DNA from: Limisphaerales bacterium
Lineage (GTDB): Bacteria > Verrucomicrobiota > Verrucomicrobiia > Limisphaerales > JAJOIW01
Direction of reading: 5' to 3'
Assembly (NCBI GenBank): GCA_965657355.1
Contig: CBFHOE010000005.1
Coordinates: forward strand, 102,014 to 166,013
Length of the DNA stretch: 64,000 bases
Shown here: positions 59,281-64,000 of the stretch, one piece after another
Numbering within the stretch: the stretch's first letter is position 1
Layout of the letters: each line of letters starts with the position of its first letter
Notes under the pieces: generated by a model
Told to the model about the DNA's origin: nothing
The model's database searches: none
Seen by the model: the letters and a program-made list of their open reading frames with translations, nothing else
Translations under genes and position numbers: made by a program

Positions 59281-59949
59281 ATGAATAAGAAAAACTATCC
59301 AGCGGGTGGCCCGAGCCATCCTCCGAACAAGAGATGCGTCGCTAGGAGTAAATTGATTTGCTTTTCACCGATTTGTTTTATTTTTCTAACTTTGTTATTC
59401 ATCAATTGTACAAAGGAGGATAAGTCCGAAGAACTAACAAGGCTTTCACTGGTTTCTCCATTCAATCTTACTGAAAGCAATGGGGCCACGTTAAGTAACA
59501 CAAACTTAAATGGCAAAATATGGATAGCACATTTTTTTTATACGAGGTGCGGAAGAGAATGTATGGTTCTAGGAAAAAGAATGGGGACCATTCAGAAGCT
59601 AACAAAGTCTATGGATGATGTGAACCTTGTTTCAATAAGCGTCGATCCAGTTGGGGATACACCCGAATATCTAAGATATTACGCAAAACAATTTAAAGCA
59701 GATACAAACAGGTGGTTTTTTCTAACTGGAAAGAAAAACGAAGTATATGATTTGATCATTGATTCATTCTTATTGCCTGCTTCACCTGAGATAAGCTCAA
59801 GGTCGGAATTTCCGAAAAACTTCATACACAGCGAAAAATTCGCAGTTGTGGATAAGCAAGGATTTGTTAGAGCATTCTTTGACGGGATGGATGACAAAGC
59901 ACCAAAAGATGTTTTTGAGACTATCAATAAATTAAAAAACGAACTTTAA
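59281..59949 (+). CDS. SCO1/SenC-family protein (likely lipoprotein; start uncertain)
   Basis: FFYTRCGREC (CxxxC), SISVDPVGDTP, WFFLTG, IHSEKFAVVD. Confidence 0.9.
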   Translation: MNKKNYPAGGPSHPPNKRCVARSKLICFSPICFIFLTLLFINCTKEDKSEELTRLSLVSPFNLTESNGATLSNTNLNGKIWIAHFFYTRCGRECMVLGKRMGTIQKLTKSMDDVNLVSISVDPVGDTPEYLRYYAKQFKADTNRWFFLTGKKNEVYDLIIDSFLLPASPEISSRSEFPKNFIHSEKFAVVDKQGFVRAFFDGMDDKAPKDVFETINKLKNEL

Positions 59950-59960
59950 AAATTGCCTTT

Positions 59961-61322
59961 GTGGCACGATTTCAATTAGAGATGGAAACATTCCATCATG
60001 GCCTAGAAAAATTTTCTGCATTGATTCTCAAAAGCTTTAAGAGCAATGAGTCAGCCAGGCCATTTTCAACATTATCAGAACTCATTTTGTTACGATGGGT
60101 AGCCGTCGGTGGCCAGCTCATAACAATTGGGGTAGTTTCAGTGGTATTTAGTATACGTCTTCCACTCCAGGTCCTTTTTGTTATAGTTGGCATTACTGCC
60201 TTCTCCAATCTGTTTATTCAAATAAATAGTGAAAATTTATCTAAAAACGAACGCTGGCTGTTTTATATTCTCATCGCAGATATTTTCCTATTTGCCAGTC
60301 TATTAGGGTTTACAGGTGGAGTTGAAAATCCTTTTGCCACTTTTTATCTCGTGCACCTCGCAATAGGCGCCATGATCCTTCGCAGCTGGCAACTTTTATC
60401 GTTTTTAATTTTTACGGCTCTCAGTTTTTTGGTTCTTTGCTTTTGGTTTAAACCTCTCTATTCACCATTTTCGAACGCCGGAAAAATAAATATCAATCTG
60501 CACCTCCAAGGAACCCTCGTGTCTCTTTTGCTGGCTGGGTGCTGTGTAGCGTGGTTTATGGTTAAAATTTCAAAATCTCTCCAGGACAGAGACCAAGCAT
60601 TAGTCAAAGCGAAGATCCAATCAGACAAGCAGCGGCAGCTCGTGCAGCTAGCTACCCTTGCTGGGGGAGTTGCCCATGAGCTTAATACACCTCTCGGCAC
60701 CATTGGACTCGTTGCTGGAGAACTCGAGGCTGTCCTTAATAAAACAAAAGCCGACAAAGAAATCACTGAAGACGTCGCCCTAATCCGATCTGAAGTGCAG
60801 AGATGCAGACAGATACTGGATAAATTAAATGACCAATCAACTCAATCTCTTAGAAACATACCTGAATCACTTCCTATTAATGATGTACCAGATCTTGTAA
60901 GTAAAAATTTCCAGTCCTCAAAATTTGGAAAAATAAAGTTCTTTTTACCCGAAGAGAAATTTCGTCTTCTGGTGCCTCGAGAGCCCTTGATACAATCACT
61001 AACAACCCTTATAAAAAATGGAATAGAAGCATCAACTGACAATGATGCCCCCGTTCAATTAATCATCGAACGAAATAAAAGTAATGTCAGTTTTAGTGTG
61101 ATTAACCGAGGAGATCCAATCCCACCTGAAATCCAAAATAAAATGGGAGAGATATTTTTCACCACAAAAAAACAACACGAAGGTATGGGGTTGGGGCTTT
61201 TTTTGGTCCGCTCTTTCGCTGAATCAATCGGCGGAAATTTGCTCATTACCTCCGGTAATCAATCTGTTACAAAAGTGATATTAGAAATCCCAATAACGTG
61301 TTCTTTGACAGAAAAGGAATAA
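59961..61322 (+). CDS. regB: RegB/PrrB-type redox sensor histidine kinase
   Basis: LRW..GQ, GGVENPF quinone motif, ATLAGGVAHELNTPL, RCRQIL redox Cys, GMGLGLF. Confidence 0.9.
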   Translation: MARFQLEMETFHHGLEKFSALILKSFKSNESARPFSTLSELILLRWVAVGGQLITIGVVSVVFSIRLPLQVLFVIVGITAFSNLFIQINSENLSKNERWLFYILIADIFLFASLLGFTGGVENPFATFYLVHLAIGAMILRSWQLLSFLIFTALSFLVLCFWFKPLYSPFSNAGKININLHLQGTLVSLLLAGCCVAWFMVKISKSLQDRDQALVKAKIQSDKQRQLVQLATLAGGVAHELNTPLGTIGLVAGELEAVLNKTKADKEITEDVALIRSEVQRCRQILDKLNDQSTQSLRNIPESLPINDVPDLVSKNFQSSKFGKIKFFLPEEKFRLLVPREPLIQSLTTLIKNGIEASTDNDAPVQLIIERNKSNVSFSVINRGDPIPPEIQNKMGEIFFTTKKQHEGMGLGLFLVRSFAESIGGNLLITSGNQSVTKVILEIPITCSLTEKE

Positions 61323-61326
61323 AATC

Positions 61327-61878
61327 ATGTCTGAGTTTAAATTCGAAAAGATTTTGGTAGTAGACGACGATGCTATATTTCGGCACCGTCTGGCGAAAGC
61401 TCTCGAAGCACGCCAATATTCAGTGCAATCTGCCGAGTCAGCAGACGAGGCTCTTTTGACTGCGCGTCAATTCACCCCACAAGCGGCTATCATCGATTTG
61501 AGGATAGACAAAGATAATGGATTAAATCTTTCCAGAGAGTTACTGGATATAATTCCAGGAATAAGAATTGTTGTTCTTACTGGTTATGGCAGCATCGCTA
61601 ATGCGCTTGAGGCAGTCAAAATAGGTGTTGCCGATTACCTAACCAAGCCTGCCGACATTGACCAAATTCTTTCGGCAATCTCCGGCAGCTCAATCACAAA
61701 CGAGAAAGGAAAGCCTGTAGCTTCCGAGCTCACCCCTTCATTAGACAGAGTCGAATGGGAACATATCCAAAGAGTCCTGAGCGATTGTGGGGGCAACATC
61801 ACAAGAGCCGCTGAGATACTAGGAATTCATAGAAGATCTCTACAGAGGAAACTTGCAAAATTCCCCCCACAAAAATAA
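61327..61878 (+). CDS. regA: RegA/PrrA-type response regulator
   Basis: VVDDD, IDLR, LTGYGSIA, YLTKP, SLDRVEWEHIQRVL..GNI..AA..LGIHRRSLQRKL. Confidence 0.93.
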   Translation: MSEFKFEKILVVDDDAIFRHRLAKALEARQYSVQSAESADEALLTARQFTPQAAIIDLRIDKDNGLNLSRELLDIIPGIRIVVLTGYGSIANALEAVKIGVADYLTKPADIDQILSAISGSSITNEKGKPVASELTPSLDRVEWEHIQRVLSDCGGNITRAAEILGIHRRSLQRKLAKFPPQK

Positions 61879-61917
61879 CCCAACTCCTCGTGGAGAGGAA
61901 GTCATCCAAAATTCAGA

Positions 61918-62880
61918 TTGGATATGACTAAGGCCTTTTTGCTAAAAAACCTAAAAAATTCGATAGGCACATACACCTACCTGCACTGGATTACAGGTTT
62001 TTTTTTATTTGTCTCTTCCCTCGTCATATATACCTCTCTGACGTGTCTCATCACCTTAATAATCATTGGCATTATAAATTGGAATTCCTCGGGCAATGGA
62101 AGTACTTGGTCGATGGCATGGCCTTTTTATTCAACACTATTGTTGTTGGGACCTATCGGTTTTATTTTTGAACCAATCTACATCAATCATATCAGAGCAC
62201 TCAGCAATTCATTAAAAATAAAACCCGACAACGAAAATCTATTTTTTAGTTCAATAAAATTTTACTTTCCTCATAAAAAGTATATTTATTTCCCGCTCGT
62301 AAAAGGGATGATGTTTCTTCCAATTTCATTATTTAAGACCTCAATTAAGATATTGCTGATAGCGTTAAAAACGTCCCTTCTCAGAAAAGATAAGATGGTA
62401 GAGGTTTTACACCATCTCAGAGGTTGGAGAAATGGTATCCCATTAGAAAAGTTTATAGATCTTCATCCAGACAAAAAATATAAGCCAATACTTTATGGTC
62501 TTAGGAGATGGAACCTGATTAGTATATCGGTAGATTCCCCCAATGAAATATTCGTCAACCACTCTATAATCACTACTTGGGCATCTGGTAGAATTTTCAT
62601 CTTCCCTTTGAGGCCTGAAGTGGAGATTTTTACCAGTATTTTTGTGACTCTGAATAACTATGCAAAATCAAAATACTGGAAAATTAAAACGGAACTCCTG
62701 GTTACCATTCTTGTAAGATTATGTTTCTGCTTAATTCCATGTTCCATCATTGGGATTCTCCTTTTTTATATTTTGCCGACATTTTCAATCAAAGCCATTT
62801 GCATGACCAGCTTGACTTTGTTAGTTGGCTTAGTGTTCGTCGTAAAAGCGCCGAACTTATTCACAAAAAATACAATTTGA
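61918..62880 (+). CDS. Hypothetical membrane protein
   Basis: 320-aa AT-rich ORF with about 5 hydrophobic segments; no motif recognised. Confidence 0.55.
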   Translation: MDMTKAFLLKNLKNSIGTYTYLHWITGFFLFVSSLVIYTSLTCLITLIIIGIINWNSSGNGSTWSMAWPFYSTLLLLGPIGFIFEPIYINHIRALSNSLKIKPDNENLFFSSIKFYFPHKKYIYFPLVKGMMFLPISLFKTSIKILLIALKTSLLRKDKMVEVLHHLRGWRNGIPLEKFIDLHPDKKYKPILYGLRRWNLISISVDSPNEIFVNHSIITTWASGRIFIFPLRPEVEIFTSIFVTLNNYAKSKYWKIKTELLVTILVRLCFCLIPCSIIGILLFYILPTFSIKAICMTSLTLLVGLVFVVKAPNLFTKNTI

Positions 62881-62951
62881 CATACCCGAAAGATCGCTTT
62901 TTGACCTGAGAAAATTGGAATTTCGAGTGATTTGATGTAATTTTGAGACCA

Positions 62952-64000
62952 ATGGATTCTACTCATTTAAAATTACGCCTCATTACCATAATTCTGTGCG
63001 CGTGGGTAATGTGTTTATTTTTAATTCCGACACCCATTAAAGCTCAGGAAGTGACCGATCGGTTTCCATTCATGAAGCGCGTGAGACAATTAATTTTTGA
63101 AGGAGCTAGAAGTGGTGAGGGTTATTTCAGTTCTGATAAGTCGGAAATGGTTTTTCAATCGGAAAGAGAAAGTGGCAATCCATTTTATCAGATCTATTCC
63201 ATAAACCTAACAGATGGTCATGTGAATTTAATTTCAACTGGCATTGGAAAAACGACTTGTGCTTTTTTCAGACCGAACTCGGATCAAATCCTTTTCTCCT
63301 CAACCCATCTTGATAAAAAAGCAAAGAAAAAACAGCAGCTTGAGCTGGAATTTAGAGCCTCCGGAAAGCAAAGAAGATACTCCTGGGACTACGACGAGCA
63401 CACCGATATTTTTGTCCGTAATGTTAACTCAGGATCTCTTGATCAACTAACGAATGCCAACGGTTATGATGCCGAGGCATCTTACAGTCCAGATGGGAAA
63501 AAAATCGTGTTTTGTTCGACACGTAATCCATATCTTAAACCCGAAGAATTCACTGAAAAGGAATTAAAACTTTTGGAGACAGATAAATCGTATTTTGGTG
63601 AGATCTTCATAATGGACGCAGATGGTTCCAACCAAATACAGTTAACACATACAGCTGGCTATGATGGAGGTCCCTTCTTTAGCCCGGATGGAAAGCGTAT
63701 AATTTGGAGGCGCTTTGATGAGACAGGAGTGAATGCTGATATCTACACGATGAATTTGGACGGCTCCGATAAGAAAAAATTAACAGATTTTCGATCGATG
63801 TCCTGGGCGCCTTATTTTCACCCGTCCGGAGAATACGTTATCTTTGCGTCCAATAAGTTCGGCTTTTCTAATTTTGAATTGTTTATTGTTGATGTCAAAG
63901 GGACGAAAGATCCAATCAGAGTTACCAATGCTAATGGATTTGATGGTTTGCCAGTCTTCTCACCAGATGGAAACTCTATCTCTTGGACATCGAACAGGAC
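62952..64000 (+). CDS. TolB-like PD40 beta-propeller protein (often the N-terminus of M28 peptidase/PDZ fusions), truncated at window end and absent from the ORF track
   Basis: ATG 62952 MDSTHLK..signal peptide..RQLIFEGARSGEGYFS..NPFYQIY..GYDAEASYSPDG..GYDGGPFFSPDG..SWAPYFHPSG..FDGLPVFSPDG, open to 64000. Confidence 0.88.
   Translation, partial: MDSTHLKLRLITIILCAWVMCLFLIPTPIKAQEVTDRFPFMKRVRQLIFEGARSGEGYFSSDKSEMVFQSERESGNPFYQIYSINLTDGHVNLISTGIGKTTCAFFRPNSDQILFSSTHLDKKAKKKQQLELEFRASGKQRRYSWDYDEHTDIFVRNVNSGSLDQLTNANGYDAEASYSPDGKKIVFCSTRNPYLKPEEFTEKELKLLETDKSYFGEIFIMDADGSNQIQLTHTAGYDGGPFFSPDGKRIIWRRFDETGVNADIYTMNLDGSDKKKLTDFRSMSWAPYFHPSGEYVIFASNKFGFSNFELFIVDVKGTKDPIRVTNANGFDGLPVFSPDGNSISWTSNR

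Noticed and set aside
59960..59980. TGGCACG sigma-54-like -24 element before regB
   Set aside because: No TTGC at the -12 position (reads TGGCACGATTTCAATT).
63244..63450. 68-aa ORF from the track
   Set aside because: Out-of-frame overlap within the PD40 protein that starts at 62952.
1..64000. CRISPR arrays, tRNA/rRNA, IS elements, prophage
   Set aside because: No spaced direct repeats, cloverleafs, transposase, integrase or phage motifs were seen by eye; short or degenerate elements could have been missed.

Overview
A gene-dense, AT-rich bacterial chromosomal window of mostly housekeeping and envelope genes. The gene content (two PVC-type heme-binding CxxCH proteins, a PEP-CTERM protein, bamD-lptE adjacency, Verrucomicrobia-like hypotheticals) suggests the PVC superphylum, most likely Verrucomicrobiota; this is inference from motif recognition and no search was run. 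Recognisable genes: mnmE, prmC, mdh, deoC, gdhA, purE, trpG/pabA, lysC, oppABC, rluD, lgt, mlaEFD, bamD, lptE, regBA, two Sco proteins, a squalene-hopene-cyclase-like enzyme and a 1941-aa alpha-2-macroglobulin. I saw no rRNA, tRNA, CRISPR array, transposase or integrase. Best candidates for undescribed biology: (1) a translationally coupled pair at 46508-49836 that looks like an orphan MotAB/ExbBD/ZorAB-type ion-driven motor, whose B subunit has a long coiled coil ending in a degenerate trypsin-like fold instead of a peptidoglycan-binding domain; (2) an operon joining an aromatic beta-hairpin-repeat protein, MlaEFD, two accessory proteins and a divergent triterpene cyclase; (3) a RegBA-Sco-cytochrome c module with an OB-fold-cytochrome c fusion and two RegA-box-like sites; (4) a candidate structured ncRNA at about 14728-14873. 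Also present: a heavily eroded DUF4910 pseudogene at the left edge, a thioester-less alpha-2-macroglobulin (GSTEQ) and a frameshifted oppC. All family calls come from motifs read by eye and need HMM or structure confirmation.
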